DNA from: Catajapyx aquilonaris
Taxonomy: Eukaryota
NCBI GenBank assembly: GCA_000934665.2
Contig: KZ538781.1
Location: 1-47,800, forward strand
Direction of reading: 5' to 3'
DNA length: 47,800 nt
The translations under genes were made by a program, and so were the position numbers. Below the pieces are notes generated by a model. It had not been told where the DNA came from. It was given only the letters and a program-made list of their open reading frames with translations, and did no database searches. This document shows, one piece after another, positions 47,414 through 47,800 of this stretch. Each line of letters starts with the position of its first letter. Within the stretch, counting starts at the first letter, position 1.

Positions 47414-47800
47414 GGTAGTGGGTCAGCACGTTGCTAATACTAATGGTATTCTTGCAGCGTGCCTATTGCCTGTAAAGTAAATGCATATACAACATGTTCA
47501 CCTGCCGCAGCAAATTGAAGTACAAATCAATAACGAATGCTTACAATCCTTACAATCCACTAGATATCAGCCACTGCACTATGATGTCGGCAATTATAAC
47601 ACGTTTATAACAACGGGTTCCAACCATATAAGTGGTTCCAAGACTTCCAACCTCTTCCCTGCTTCCGCTTCCAACCGGGTTCCAACCAGTGGTTCCAACC
47701 AATCATGGTGGAAGGAAAAACGGTGGAGAAACTACCCTATCCCGCAACGCTAGAGACTTGATGCCCGAAACCAACCGCGATGTTAGTTCGGTCGACTCCC

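Overview
Eukaryotic, most likely arthropod, genomic DNA; there are no prokaryotic features. The main feature is a complete CTCF gene on the + strand, reconstructed by hand: 12 coding exons from 20256 to 33220 giving about 722 aa with 11 C2H2 zinc fingers. It has the N-terminal VYDFDE cohesin-binding motif, one probable GC-AG intron and a probable non-coding first exon near 16.95 kb. A two-exon coiled-coil ORF of unknown family lies on the - strand at 46.5-47.4 kb, and there are weak exon-like signals of another - strand gene at 3.2-6.8 kb. Most of the rest is dense, often nested transposon debris: Tc1/mariner, pogo/Tigger, hAT, piggyBac, Kolobok-like, Sola-like and Harbinger-like MITEs, tRNA-derived SINEs, LINE fragments and a decayed Gypsy. 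Three observations stand out. (1) A second, WAPL-like F-G-F-D-E motif at the CTCF C-terminus is completed across the last splice junction. (2) MITEs upstream of the gene carry clustered CTCF-like motifs. (3) A stop-free in-frame intron follows the YDF motif. All calls come from reading the sequence by eye; no searches were run.
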